This document shows positions 63,825 through 64,000 of a DNA stretch of 64,000 nucleotides, piece by piece. The notes beneath the pieces are model-generated. The model ran no database searches. It had not been told where the DNA came from and was given only the letters and a program-made list of their open reading frames with translations. The DNA is from a virus. Positions within the stretch are counted from its first letter, which is position 1. The number at the start of each line of letters is the position of its first letter. A program made the translations under genes and the position numbers. Location: positions 6,736-70,735 of IMG/VR virus record IMGVR_UViG_3300042880_000408; one strand, given 5' to 3'.

Positions 63825-64000
63825 CAATAAGTATTGCAGACAGTACATCTGTTTTGTCGAACAGCGTTAGCAGCATGCCGACACATGCAGCGGGGCATTT
63901 GCTTTTATGCTTTGCTTACAACGACGGCTCGTCCACAGCGGTAACACTGCCTAGCGGCTGGGTTGAGCGTTACGGCACCGCTGTCGGCGGCGTGGGTTAC
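63821..64000 (+). CDS. Partial structural protein (runs off the window)
   Basis: GTGA overlap; MTISIADS...MPTHAAGHLLL...TLPSGW open to the end. Confidence 0.5.
   Translation, partial: MTISIADSTSVLSNSVSSMPTHAAGHLLLCFAYNDGSSTAVTLPSGWVERYGTAVGGVGY

Noticed and set aside
1-64000. Alternative genetic code or stop-codon reassignment
   Set aside because: Standard-code ORFs tile the window densely, including a 15.5-kb ORF, and all three stop codons end genes

Overview
The window is a large part of a tailed dsDNA phage genome, circularly permuted and podovirus-like (no tape-measure gene seen, very large candidate ejection proteins). The host is probably a Planctomycete, inferred from SHD1 domains, a Planctomycete-style RimI and a CsrA-like gene. 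Layout: (1) 1-24.4 kb virion/ejection module, with Cys-rich proteins, an Erv/ALR sulfhydryl-oxidase/glycosyltransferase fusion, an SHD1 protein and a 5163-aa polyvalent protein whose modules are separated by a recurrent R-[YA]-S-[PVA]-G-R motif; (2) 24.5-34.2 kb recombination/replication (YqaJ-type exonuclease, ERF, two ParB-like, SF2 helicase, primase, HNH, SSB); (3) 34.2-43.1 kb leftward accessory/early genes (RimI-like, CsrA-like, RadC); (4) 43.5-53.1 kb rightward accessory genes, tRNA-like RNAs, a ~470-nt structured intergenic region and a serine resolvase; (5) 53.3-64 kb terminase, portal, scaffold, capsid, S8 protease and candidate lysis genes. Best candidates for novelty are the motif-punctuated polyprotein, the phage disulfide-formation/glycosylation cassette, a three-member family of tRNA-scaffold RNAs with variable central inserts, and the large putative ncRNA at 51.6-52.0 kb. 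All calls come from motif recognition by eye; no searches or folding programs were run.
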